Source of the DNA: an uncultured Mollicutes bacterium
GTDB lineage: Bacteria; Bacillota_I; Bacilli_A; RF39; UBA660
Length of the DNA: 59,822 bases
Reading direction: 5' to 3'
Assembly (NCBI GenBank): GCA_945969495.1
Contig: CAMFOH010000002.1
Span: 1 to 59,822 of the forward strand
Part shown: positions 36,861-46,909 of the stretch, in pieces
Layout of the letters: every line of letters starts with the position of its first letter
Numbering within the stretch: position 1 is the first letter of the stretch
Notes under the pieces: generated by a model
The model's input: the letters and a program-made list of their open reading frames with translations, nothing else
What the model was told of the DNA's origin: nothing
The model's database searches: none
Program-made: the position numbers and the translations under genes

Positions 36861-37724
36861 CTACTTTTTATTTAATTTTTCCATACATTTTTTTCTTAAT
36901 TCATCCGTTGTGATAAGAGCACAAAATGCAAAGTAATTTTGATCTAATTTAGTAAAACTATCATTAATTATTATTTGATACTTATCCATTAGTGATTTTT
37001 CATTTGGATTTATCATGCCTTTTACTTTTCTATTAATGTACATAATACATATTTTATCTAAAACCTCTAACAATAACATAGAATTCTTATCATTAAACGT
37101 ATCATTTAATACTATATCAAATCCTTCAAAAAACATTCTATTAATAATTTTATTTTCATTTAAATTCATGCTTATAAAAAGTTGTTTAGCAAGTGAAATA
37201 ATAAGATTATAATTTATATATCCTGCTCTTAGCTCAATCTTATCATTACCAACTTGTTCTTCAACCGTTCTTGGCATTATTATTCTAGAACCATTAGTAT
37301 CCATATTATGAATTTTTTCTGCTAACATCTCACAAAGAGCACTAGAAATACCAATATGTTTTTCATTTGCTTTTAAAACTACTTCTGATACTGCCTTATA
37401 AAAATTTATTTCATAAAATGCATCATTACTATCTTTTAAAGCACCACTTATATATAAAACATTACCATTAATCATGTAATAATCCATTTTATTGACATTG
37501 TTATAATTTAGTACAATAAGTTTAATTACTGAGGCAAATTTATTAACCATAGGAACTAAATCTTTTGGTTCTAAGTAACCTAAATTTAAACATGCTATAA
37601 AGTACTTTCTTAATAGATTAAATTCATCTTCTTCATATCTTGCACCATTTTGTTGCATAGCTTGTTCAACAATTGCTTTAATTGGAATTTTTATATCTTT
37701 TGATTCTTCGTTCAATTGTATCAC
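36861..37724 (-). CDS. Hypothetical protein (287 aa) tightly coupled downstream of mutS
   Basis: Starts 6 nt after the mutS stop and ends 12 nt before nusB. No GHKL, MutL or nuclease motif recognised. Confidence 0.55.
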   Translation of the reverse strand: MIQLNEESKDIKIPIKAIVEQAMQQNGARYEEDEFNLLRKYFIACLNLGYLEPKDLVPMVNKFASVIKLIVLNYNNVNKMDYYMINGNVLYISGALKDSNDAFYEINFYKAVSEVVLKANEKHIGISSALCEMLAEKIHNMDTNGSRIIMPRTVEEQVGNDKIELRAGYINYNLIISLAKQLFISMNLNENKIINRMFFEGFDIVLNDTFNDKNSMLLLEVLDKICIMYINRKVKGMINPNEKSLMDKYQIIINDSFTKLDQNYFAFCALITTDELRKKCMEKLNKK

Positions 37725-37730
37725 CTAACC

Positions 37731-40289
37731 TTACTTTTTATCAATTTCTTTTTTTAACTCATATAATATATTTAACGCCTCCATTGGAGAAGTTTCAAGT
37801 GGATTAACATTTTTTAATTTCTCAATAATTATATCATATTTATTATTATTTGGAATAGTTTCCTCAAAATTCATACTAATTTGATTTACAACCTCTTTAT
37901 TTTTTGTTTTAGCTTCATATGTTTTTAATATTTCATCAGCTCTTTTAATAAGACTTTCTGGAAGATTAGCTAACTTAGCAACATGAATACCATAGCTTTT
38001 ATCAATGCTACCATCTTTTATTTTATGAAGAAAGGTAATATTTCCATTTTCTTCATGGGCTGAAACGTGAACATTTTTTATATGTTTTTTATATTTTTCT
38101 AAAGAAGTTAGTTCATGATAATGAGTAGAAAATAAAGTTATTGCTTTTATATTATCATGAATGTACTCAATTATTGCTTGAGCAAGACTCATTCCGTCAT
38201 ACGTTGCAGTTCCTCTTCCTAGTTCATCAAATAAAATCAAACTATGTTCTGTTGCATTTTGTATAGCATGGTTTGCTTCCATCATTTCAACCATAAAAGT
38301 TGATTCTCCTGAAACTAAATCATCAGATGCTCCGATACGCGTAAATATTTTATCAAAAACTGGTAAGTATGCTTCTTTAGCAGGTACAAAACATCCAATT
38401 TGAGCCATGATAACTATCATTGCCATTTGTCTCATATAAGTTGATTTACCTGCCATGTTAGGGCCTGTAATAAGCTTTAAATAAACGTCATCAGAAAATA
38501 TTATATCATTAGACACGAACTCGCCATCAAGTACTTTTTCAACTACCGGGTGCCTTCCTTCTATTATTCTAACGGTTTTATCTTTATTTAAAATTGGTCT
38601 TACGTAATTGTTAGATTCAGTTACGGTTGCAAACGATTGCATAACATCTAATTTAGCTATCATCTTAGCAGTTAACTGAATCGTTGGAATTAATTCTTTA
38701 ACTTTATTTCTAACATCAATAAATAACTCGTATTCTAAGTTTATTATCTTTTCTTCCGCACCTAAAATTAGTTGTTCTTTTTCTTTTAATTCAGGAGTAA
38801 TAAATCTTTCATTATTAGCAAGAGTCTGCTTTCTTTCCCATCCAAATTCTTCTTTAACTTGTTTACTATTTCCTTTAGAAACTTCTATGTAATAACCAAA
38901 TACCCTATTATATCCTACCTTTAAATTTTTAATTCCAGTTCTTTTTCTTTCAACATCTTCTAATTTTGCAATGAAATCTTTACCACCACTTCTTGCAATT
39001 TTTAATTCATCTAATTCTTTATTATATCCTTCTTTTATTAAGTAACCTTCTTTTATACCAATTGGCGGTTCCTCATATATACTTTTATCAATAAATTCAT
39101 ATAAATCTTTAAGATCATCTATTATTAGGTCAAATCCTAACTCTTTAACAATTTCTTTTATTCTAGGTAGTACTTTAAGTGATGATTTAAGTTGTAATAA
39201 ATCCCTTGCATTTGCATTACCAAAAGAAATTCTACCTGCTAATCTTTCTAAATCATAAACTTCATTAAGTAATTCTTTTAGTTCATCTTTAATTAAAAAT
39301 TGTTCTAGTAATTTGGATACCATATCATATCTTTGTTCAATTTCTTCTTTGTTTGTAAGTGGATTTTCAATCATGTTTTTAAGCATTCTAGAACCCATTG
39401 CCGTTTTTGTTTTATCAAGCAACCATAAAAGTGAATAAGTTCTTTCTTTTAATCTTAGACTTTCGGTTAATTCAAGGTTTCTTTTAGTGTGAATATCCAT
39501 CTTCAAATATGTTTTATAATCTTTTTTAACAACGTTTTGAAGATGCTCTAAACTTCTTTTTTGACCCTTTACAAGATAATTTAACAAAACACAAACTGAA
39601 GAAATTATTCTTTCATCATCTATATCTTTGTATAAATTACTATATTCTTTTAATTCTTTATCATCTGTTTCATACGAGATAGTAACATTATATTGATTTT
39701 TTAAAGTACTTATTATGCGTGCATCTACGTTACCATTTATTATTAATTCCGAAATATTATCATTAACTATTTCAGTTATTATCTTATCAAGTTCATATTC
39801 TACTAAAATTGAATTAAACTCTCCAGTAGATAAATCAGCATATGCTAATGAAAAACAGTGACCTAAATCTTTTAAAGCACCTATAAAATTATTACTTTTA
39901 GCATCTAACATATCATCTGACATAACGGTTCCTTTAGAAACTATTCTAATTACATCTCTTTTTACGATTCCTTTAGCTTCTTTTGGATCTTCTACTTGTT
40001 CACAAATAGCCACTTTATAACCCTTATCAATTAATTTATCAATATAGATATTAGCAGCATGATGAGGTACTCCACACATTGGTATTCTTTCATCTAAACC
40101 AGCATTTTTACCAGTTAAGGTAAGCTCTAGATCGCGTGATACGTTAATGGCATCTTCAAAAAACATTTCATAAAAATCACCAATACGATAAAATAAAATA
40201 ACATCTTCATAGTTTTCTTTCGTTTCAAGATATTGCTTCATCATAGGACTTACTTTTGATTTATCTACTTCACTTCTTTTCAACTTCAA
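37731..40289 (-). CDS. mutS: DNA mismatch repair protein MutS
   Basis: 852 aa. N-terminal mismatch-binding motif GDFYEMFF. Walker A GPNMAGKST, then DELGRGT and STHYHEL. Confidence 0.96.
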   Translation of the reverse strand: MKLKRSEVDKSKVSPMMKQYLETKENYEDVILFYRIGDFYEMFFEDAINVSRDLELTLTGKNAGLDERIPMCGVPHHAANIYIDKLIDKGYKVAICEQVEDPKEAKGIVKRDVIRIVSKGTVMSDDMLDAKSNNFIGALKDLGHCFSLAYADLSTGEFNSILVEYELDKIITEIVNDNISELIINGNVDARIISTLKNQYNVTISYETDDKELKEYSNLYKDIDDERIISSVCVLLNYLVKGQKRSLEHLQNVVKKDYKTYLKMDIHTKRNLELTESLRLKERTYSLLWLLDKTKTAMGSRMLKNMIENPLTNKEEIEQRYDMVSKLLEQFLIKDELKELLNEVYDLERLAGRISFGNANARDLLQLKSSLKVLPRIKEIVKELGFDLIIDDLKDLYEFIDKSIYEEPPIGIKEGYLIKEGYNKELDELKIARSGGKDFIAKLEDVERKRTGIKNLKVGYNRVFGYYIEVSKGNSKQVKEEFGWERKQTLANNERFITPELKEKEQLILGAEEKIINLEYELFIDVRNKVKELIPTIQLTAKMIAKLDVMQSFATVTESNNYVRPILNKDKTVRIIEGRHPVVEKVLDGEFVSNDIIFSDDVYLKLITGPNMAGKSTYMRQMAMIVIMAQIGCFVPAKEAYLPVFDKIFTRIGASDDLVSGESTFMVEMMEANHAIQNATEHSLILFDELGRGTATYDGMSLAQAIIEYIHDNIKAITLFSTHYHELTSLEKYKKHIKNVHVSAHEENGNITFLHKIKDGSIDKSYGIHVAKLANLPESLIKRADEILKTYEAKTKNKEVVNQISMNFEETIPNNNKYDIIIEKLKNVNPLETSPMEALNILYELKKEIDKK

Positions 40290-40357
40290 TCACCTAAAAA
40301 TATTATATAATAAATAAGAAAAAAAAACCATTAAAGCTCTTTAAAATTTTTATTATT

Positions 40358-40915
40358 TTATGTATGTTTTAGTTTTTTTTCTTTATCATTGCAAAAATCT
40401 AAAGAAGTGTCTAGAAAAAGAAGACCTGGTATTATTTCTAAAACCGGTATCATAATTTTTCTTAACTCAATATTTACATCTCCGTCATTAGCTACGTAGC
40501 AATAACCCTTAGTATTTGAGTTTTTATATGGTTTTAAATTAATTGTTTTTCCCTTTATATCGTATGAATACCTAGGTAAATTAAGTGATATTTCCATTCC
40601 ATAATCAACTAATAAAACCAATTTATTTTCTTGTTCTATTCCTTTTTTAACTTTGTAAACCCCACCCTCACTTTTAAAAGTATATACTTTATTTTCATAC
40701 TTTTCTAAAACTTCATCAGATAAAATTTCATATGCTACTTCTATTTTATTTTGTTTTATATATTCTTTAAGATATTTTGGAGCAATTAAAGGCTTATAAA
40801 AAATAGCATAAGTTTCATCAGAACCTAAGAATTTTACGTAACATACTTCTCCTAACACCTCGTTATTTTCTAAATCACGTTTAAAAATTATAAGTTTTTT
40901 TTGATCATTATTCAT
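40358..40915 (-). CDS. Hypothetical protein (185 aa)
   Basis: Intact ORF immediately upstream of mutS on the same strand. No recognisable motif. Confidence 0.45.
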   Translation of the reverse strand: MNNDQKKLIIFKRDLENNEVLGEVCYVKFLGSDETYAIFYKPLIAPKYLKEYIKQNKIEVAYEILSDEVLEKYENKVYTFKSEGGVYKVKKGIEQENKLVLLVDYGMEISLNLPRYSYDIKGKTINLKPYKNSNTKGYCYVANDGDVNIELRKIMIPVLEIIPGLLFLDTSLDFCNDKEKKLKHT

Positions 40916-40972
40916 ATTAAAATCTCCCTTTTAATAAGTTATATAAATAGTGTATTTATGGAGAATGAAAAA

Positions 40973-41851
40973 ATGACATCAAAAAAAGACATTTTTTTAC
41001 TTTATTTTTTATTAATAATTGAAATATTAATATTATTAAACTCAAAAATTGTTATAAATAGTGTTATTAAAAGTAGCAAGTTATTTATATTTAAAATATT
41101 TTCATCGTTAATGCCAACCATGATAATTGGTCTTTTATTAGCTAAACTAAATTTTCACAAAATAATTCCTAAATTTATTAAAAAAACATTTGGATATTTA
41201 TTTAATTTTGATGACGTAACAACAAGTATATTTATAACTTCTATGTTATGTGGCTCTCCATCTTCAGCATCTTTTATTAACGAATATTTAAATAATGGAA
41301 AAATAAATGAAAAAACTGCAGAAAACTTACTTTGCTGTACCCATTTTATAAATCCATTATTTGTTATTTCAGCAGTTGGAATAGATATTTTTAATAGTAC
41401 TAAAATAGGTATGATAATACTTTTTTTTACGTATTTATCTAATTTTATTAAAGCTTTTTTATTAAGAAAAAACTTTGTTTCTACCAAATTAAAAATTGAA
41501 AATAAAAAAGAAAAAGAAAAATTTATGATTGTATTTAAAGATGTTATAAAAGTATGTATGATGCAGCTTTTAGTAATCTTTGGAATAGTTATTTTATTTA
41601 ACATGTTAACTATTTTAATTAAAGAGGTATTTAATATAAATTACTTTTTTGAGACAATAATTAACATCATCTTAGAAATAACTGGCGGAATTAACAAAAT
41701 TAGCTATTTAAATATTAGTTTTATATTTAAAATATTTTTATCATATTATTCATTATCTTTTGGTGGAATATGCATTCAAATGCAAACACTATCAATGATT
41801 ACAAATAAAAAAATAAAGTACTTAAAATACTTTATTTTTAGACTTTTTTAA
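40973..41851 (+). CDS. Polytopic membrane protein, YlbJ-like (nucleoside-recognition/GATE-type sporulation integral membrane protein)
   Basis: GGAGAA is 7 nt before ATG 40973 (the ORF track starts earlier, at 40901). FSSLMPTMIIGLLL and ITSMLCGSPSSASF segments resemble YlbJ. Confidence 0.4.
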   Translation: MTSKKDIFLLYFLLIIEILILLNSKIVINSVIKSSKLFIFKIFSSLMPTMIIGLLLAKLNFHKIIPKFIKKTFGYLFNFDDVTTSIFITSMLCGSPSSASFINEYLNNGKINEKTAENLLCCTHFINPLFVISAVGIDIFNSTKIGMIILFFTYLSNFIKAFLLRKNFVSTKLKIENKKEKEKFMIVFKDVIKVCMMQLLVIFGIVILFNMLTILIKEVFNINYFFETIINIILEITGGINKISYLNISFIFKIFLSYYSLSFGGICIQMQTLSMITNKKIKYLKYFIFRLF

Positions 41852-41874
41852 TTTTTTTTATATATAATATCACT

Positions 41875-42243
41875 TTAACTCTCATTATAAAAATACATGG
41901 AATAATCTTTACCAGATATTTTAAACTTTATTTTTTTAAATCCATTTTCTATATCTTCTCTACATCCGTCTTCTACTAAAAAATTATTATCTTTTGATTT
42001 ATAATCATTAATTTTACCACATAAAGTATTCTCATTATCATCAGAAGTATTATTTAACTCATCTATTATTCTATACGCATAATTAACATTAACAAATTCT
42101 TTTGTTTCTTTTTGAGATTCACTATATAATTTTTTTACGGTATACAAAGTTTGATAAAAATATATTATTGCTACTGAAACTAGTGCAAAACTAACGATTA
42201 ATTCTATTAATGTAACACCTTTATTATTGAGATTTTGTTTCAT
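41875..42243 (-). CDS. Type IV pilin / pseudopilin-like protein (122 aa)
   Basis: GGAGG RBS. Prepilin leader MKQNLNNKG followed by VTLIELIVSFALVSVAIIYF (Glu at +5). Confidence 0.75.
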   Translation of the reverse strand: MKQNLNNKGVTLIELIVSFALVSVAIIYFYQTLYTVKKLYSESQKETKEFVNVNYAYRIIDELNNTSDDNENTLCGKINDYKSKDNNFLVEDGCREDIENGFKKIKFKISGKDYSMYFYNES

Positions 42244-42247
42244 TACG

Positions 42248-42763
42248 TTAACCTCCTAAATTACAATTCCTATTTGGATTTGGATTATCTATTTTAATTG
42301 AAGCATATCTTGTTTCTTTATTATTTTTAAATACCCCGATTAAACGATAAGAGGCTGTATCATATGTTGTTTTTTTCATTCGATTTAAATACTTATTAAA
42401 CTCATAATCCTCTGCTGATGGTTTTGTAATGTATCCTGTGATATAAATTTCTGATAAGCCACCTATTTTGGTATTGGGATCATTAATTAAAGTCATTTCA
42501 TCTTTAAAAGTTTTGCATCCACTTAATGTTTCACCATTAACTGTTTCACTAGTTTCTTCATCTATACTGCCATTATCTAATAAATATCTATACACTGTTT
42601 TTAAAGTATAAATGTCTTGTGTTTGATCATAATAAGATGCTTTATTTTTATAGTTTTCATATAATTTAGCTACGTTTGGATACACAAATGCCATAACGGT
42701 TGTAACTAACGCAATGATAACAATAGTTTCTGCTAAGAAAAAACCTTTATTATTCTTTTTCAT
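42248..42763 (-). CDS. Type IV pilin / pseudopilin-like protein (171 aa)
   Basis: AAGGTGA RBS before ATG 42763. Leader MKKNNKG followed by FFLAETIVIIALVTTVMAF (Glu at +5). Confidence 0.75.
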   Translation of the reverse strand: MKKNNKGFFLAETIVIIALVTTVMAFVYPNVAKLYENYKNKASYYDQTQDIYTLKTVYRYLLDNGSIDEETSETVNGETLSGCKTFKDEMTLINDPNTKIGGLSEIYITGYITKPSAEDYEFNKYLNRMKKTTYDTASYRLIGVFKNNKETRYASIKIDNPNPNRNCNLGG

Positions 42764-42883
42764 ATTTATCACCTTTTCTTTGCTTGCTATCTTCTAAAAT
42801 ATATTATATAATATTATCATAATAAAATCTAGGCTAAAGATAAAAATATTAAGGGATAAAAGAATAATAAGGGAGCGATTTTT

Positions 42884-44164
42884 ATGCTTAAACAAATTGA
42901 TTTTACAAAGTTACCAATAACAGAAATAGTTAATGAAATTATATATACTGCCGCTGAAGCTGGAGCTAGTGACATTCATTTTGATCCGGCCGAAAAGACA
43001 ATTAAAGTAAGGTTTAGAATTGATGGTGTTTTAATTGATTATACGGTTATTCCTGAAAGTATTAGAAAAAACTTAGTAGCAAGATTAAAAATTATATCTG
43101 GAATGGATATTACTGAATCTAGGTTACCACAAGATGGTGCTATTAAAACCATCATAAAAAACATTAGTCTTGACATGCGTGTTTCGTCACTTCCAACAAA
43201 TGAAGGTGAAAAAATAGTTATTCGTATTTTAGATTATTCTTCTAGTTTAAATGGGCTCGAAAGTCTAGGCTTTGCACCTAAAAACCTAGAGAAAATGAAA
43301 GCATTAATAAAAGAACCAAATGGTATTATTCTTGTAACCGGCGCTACTGGTTCTGGTAAATCTACTACGGTTTATTCTTTGTTACAGCTTCTTAACACAC
43401 CGAAAGTTAATTTAGTTACGGTAGAAGATCCAGTTGAGATGAACATTGATGGAATAAATCAAATTCAAGTTAATAGTGAAATTGGTCTTACTTTTGCAAA
43501 CGTGCTTCGTTCTATTTTACGTCAAGATCCAGACATCATAATGATTGGAGAAATTCGTGATGATGAAACTGCTAAAATAGCTGTTAGAGCATCAATTACT
43601 GGGCACCTTGTATTATCTACACTTCATACTAATAATGCATTAAATACTATTGAGCGTTTAAGGGATATGGACGTTGAAACATATTTGCTTGCAAGTTCTT
43701 TAAATGGTATTGTATCGCAAAAACTAGCTAGGAGAATATGTCCTCATTGTATGAAAAAAAGAACAGCTATTGATTATGAAAAAAAACTAATAAAATCTAA
43801 TTTAGGAATAGATATTACTGAACTAGCTTATGCTGAGGGATGTAATGAATGTGTTGGCGGCTATAAAGGAAGAATAGCAATTCATGAAGTTTTGGTAATC
43901 AATCAAGAAATCCGTGATGCAATAGCAAACGGAGTACCAAAAGAAGAACTAAGAAAACTTGTTTATACTAATGATACTACTACTCTTTTACAAGATGGAT
44001 TGCAAAAGGTAGTTCAAAATATAACTACCATTGAAGAAATACTAAGATTAGTAGAATTAGATGATGAATCAACGAAAATAGTATTAGGAAAAGCTGATAA
44101 TAATTTGCCAAATAACAATATAGTAACAAATACTTCTGGTGAAGAAGAAATGCTTGATATATAA
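42884..44164 (+). CDS. Type IV filament assembly ATPase (GspE/PilB/ComGA family), short form
   Basis: AAGGGAG RBS. Walker A GATGSGKST, Walker B DPDIIMIGEIRD, His box TGHLVLSTLHTN. Tetracysteine CPHC...CNEC. 426 aa with no long N-terminal domain. Confidence 0.92.
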   Translation: MLKQIDFTKLPITEIVNEIIYTAAEAGASDIHFDPAEKTIKVRFRIDGVLIDYTVIPESIRKNLVARLKIISGMDITESRLPQDGAIKTIIKNISLDMRVSSLPTNEGEKIVIRILDYSSSLNGLESLGFAPKNLEKMKALIKEPNGIILVTGATGSGKSTTVYSLLQLLNTPKVNLVTVEDPVEMNIDGINQIQVNSEIGLTFANVLRSILRQDPDIIMIGEIRDDETAKIAVRASITGHLVLSTLHTNNALNTIERLRDMDVETYLLASSLNGIVSQKLARRICPHCMKKRTAIDYEKKLIKSNLGIDITELAYAEGCNECVGGYKGRIAIHEVLVINQEIRDAIANGVPKEELRKLVYTNDTTTLLQDGLQKVVQNITTIEEILRLVELDDESTKIVLGKADNNLPNNNIVTNTSGEEEMLDI

Positions 44165-44194
44165 AAAAACATCAATTTGAAATTGATGTTTTTT
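44165..44194 (+). terminator. Intrinsic terminator after the ATPase gene
   Basis: AACATCAAT/ATTGATGTT stem followed by a T-run. Confidence 0.8.
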
Positions 44195-44358
44195 ACTTGA
44201 ATCTATTTATTAATTAGTTTCAGTTCCAACTAATTCTAAGCTATGTATATTTGATTCAGATACATAATTAAATTAAAATAGTAAATATTACCGGTTTTAT
44301 CCAATAATTTATAAAATAAATAATAATAACAAATTAACCCATCTTGATATGTATAATT

Positions 44359-46023
44359 TTATTTAATACCAGTATTATATTTGTCATTATACCATAAGGA
44401 TTCGTTACAATATCCATTACTATTATGAGTAATACCATCCCAAATTTTTGCAGAATTTCTACTAGGGGCCTTTAAATATACTGAACTACTATTTCCAGCT
44501 TCGTCTATTATATTATACCACATTTCAGAAACTCGTTTATAATAACCGGTAAAGACTGTATGAATTGTATAAATATTATTATCAGAGTTACTATCAACGA
44601 GTTTACTATTTTCTGAGCATTCACTTCCATTGCAATATTTTGTCATATATACATTACTAGTTGAAAGATTATCTTTATATTTAATAGAGAAACCATGTGC
44701 ATTTTGAGAACCAGTACCATTATCACAATATACATATCCTGCCCCTTTATCAACTACTATAGGTACAGTCCAATCAATACCAAATGTTTTAGTATCACAA
44801 GTAGTAGTATTACCTGCTTTATCGTACACTATACCTGGAGTTTCACTTGTTTTTACCTTTTCATTCTCAAAACTTTTTGAAACATTTTCAGTACAGCCAG
44901 AATTACTATCAGAACATTTACCAGTCAAAGTAACCGTACTTGTATACCATCCAGCATTTTTATAAATATCACCATTTTTATTAGTTCCATCTATAGATAC
45001 TCTACAAGTTGGATTAGTCCCATCATAACTAACTGTTTTACTTATAGTACATGTATTACCCGCAACGTCTGCATATTTTTTTGAATATGTTTTATTTTCT
45101 CCTTCATTTACCGGTAATGCTTTTTTGTCATTTTTATAATTATCAGACATTCCTGATAAGTTATCAGTTGCACTAAATGTAACCGTAGGAGCCGTTTTTC
45201 CTTTATACCAACCATTATTTCCTACTATTCCACCAGCTATATTTGCACTACATGTTGGTTTTACTGTATCAACTTTTGCAGTAACACATTTACTAGCTGA
45301 CTTTCCTGATATATTTGTTACTTTGTAACATACTGTTTTTTCATTAGTTTCTGAACTAAAAGTATCATTATCTTCAAAACTAGAATCATTTTTAACATGA
45401 TTATAATTAGTACAACTTACTTTTCCATCCATAGAACATTTACTTATTTCTGTTATTTTTCCATTATTTTGTGTATTACCAGTTACTTTTACTCCCAACT
45501 TACCATTTTCACCTAATTTTTTTATATTAAACCACTCATCATCATTACTAACAGTTATTTCTTTATTTACATAACTTTGTTCATAAAAACTTAGTTCAAT
45601 GCTAGGAGATCCTGGTTCCTTAATAGTAACGCTATAATTACTATCACACTCATCATTTTCTTCATATTCTTTAAAACTTGATACGTACCTTCCATTTTCC
45701 TTTTTTACTTCAACCTGACTACAATAATTAACTAATTTACCTGTCACTGGATTTGTTACTTTATTTAAATAATCTTCGTTAACTAGTTTTCCTACTGATA
45801 TTATTCCATAGGAACCATCAACTAATCCTTCAAATAAATATTCATTTGAATCAAAGTATTGTTCTGCTGCTGTTATTATTTGTTCTTTTACTAAATTATA
45901 AGACTCTTGTTTCTTTTTATTACTTATTCCTATAAAACTTACTATTGCTATTGCTAATATTGATAACATAAGTGCTATCGTTACTAATAATTCTACTAGT
46001 GTAAATCCTTTTTTATTTTTCAT
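44359..46023 (-). CDS. Large modular type IV pilin (554 aa) with tandem Cys-containing Ig-like modules
   Basis: AGGAGA RBS. Leader MKNKKG followed by FTLVELLVTIALMLSILAIAIV. C-terminal repeats of the form D-x-x-x-P-T-C ... GWY ... D-x-x-SG ... D-x-AGN-x-C. Confidence 0.8.
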   Translation of the reverse strand: MKNKKGFTLVELLVTIALMLSILAIAIVSFIGISNKKKQESYNLVKEQIITAAEQYFDSNEYLFEGLVDGSYGIISVGKLVNEDYLNKVTNPVTGKLVNYCSQVEVKKENGRYVSSFKEYEENDECDSNYSVTIKEPGSPSIELSFYEQSYVNKEITVSNDDEWFNIKKLGENGKLGVKVTGNTQNNGKITEISKCSMDGKVSCTNYNHVKNDSSFEDNDTFSSETNEKTVCYKVTNISGKSASKCVTAKVDTVKPTCSANIAGGIVGNNGWYKGKTAPTVTFSATDNLSGMSDNYKNDKKALPVNEGENKTYSKKYADVAGNTCTISKTVSYDGTNPTCRVSIDGTNKNGDIYKNAGWYTSTVTLTGKCSDSNSGCTENVSKSFENEKVKTSETPGIVYDKAGNTTTCDTKTFGIDWTVPIVVDKGAGYVYCDNGTGSQNAHGFSIKYKDNLSTSNVYMTKYCNGSECSENSKLVDSNSDNNIYTIHTVFTGYYKRVSEMWYNIIDEAGNSSSVYLKAPSRNSAKIWDGITHNSNGYCNESLWYNDKYNTGIK

Positions 46024-46109
46024 TTTCTATCTCCTATACTTACTATTATATAATATCATTTAGTCATGTAATAAATCAATATAGAAAAAATTTATTAAAT
46101 AGTTTTAAA

Positions 46110-46898
46110 TTATTTAATAAAAAATTGTAATATCATATTTAAATTTAAATTAGTAAGGAATATAACCACCGCTGCAATAGATAAATATGGTCCAAACGGT
46201 AAGATGTTATTATCATTTTTAATAAGACTTACAACTGATAATGGTAACGCAATAAAAGAAGCAATAAATATTGTTACAATTGACATATCAAATCCGAGTG
46301 TAAGACCTATTAAAAACATTAATTTAATATCTCCTCCACCTAAGCTTTCTTTTTGAAATACTACATCTCCAAACACTTTAAATAAATATAAAATTGCAAA
46401 TGCACCAAGACCATTTAAAATTGGAATTAAAACTCCACTTATAAGATTAATATCACTGATTAAAGAATTAATAATTAATTCTATTATAATTAATAAACTT
46501 CCAACTATTAAAACTTCATCAGGTATTATGTAATATCTTATATCACTTATACTTATAATTATTAATATAGATATAAATGTTATACTTATAAAAAATTTTA
46601 TATTTATACCAAAAACCATATATGAAAGTAAAAATAATAAGCCTGTTATAATCTCAAAAAAAGGATATAAAAATGATATTCTTTTTTTACATGATTTACA
46701 TTTTCCTAGTAAAAATACATAGGAAAAAACTGGTATTAATTCATAAAATTTAAGTTTATGATTACAATTTGGACAATGAGATGATGGAAAAGCAATTGAC
46801 ATTTCGTTAGGTAAACGATATCCAACGACGTTATAAAACGATCCAAATATCATTCCAACGATAAATACCATTATGCCAGTTGCTATCTCAATACTCAT
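46110..46898 (-). CDS. Prepilin peptidase (A24 family, PilD/ComC)
   Basis: Zn-finger CPNCNHKL...CKSCKK. Catalytic Asp regions ISDIRYYIIPD and GGGDIKL. 8 TM. Confidence 0.92.
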   Translation of the reverse strand: MSIEIATGIMVFIVGMIFGSFYNVVGYRLPNEMSIAFPSSHCPNCNHKLKFYELIPVFSYVFLLGKCKSCKKRISFLYPFFEIITGLLFLLSYMVFGINIKFFISITFISILIIISISDIRYYIIPDEVLIVGSLLIIIELIINSLISDINLISGVLIPILNGLGAFAILYLFKVFGDVVFQKESLGGGDIKLMFLIGLTLGFDMSIVTIFIASFIALPLSVVSLIKNDNNILPFGPYLSIAAVVIFLTNLNLNMILQFFIK

Positions 46899-46909
46899 AA
46901 TTATACCTC

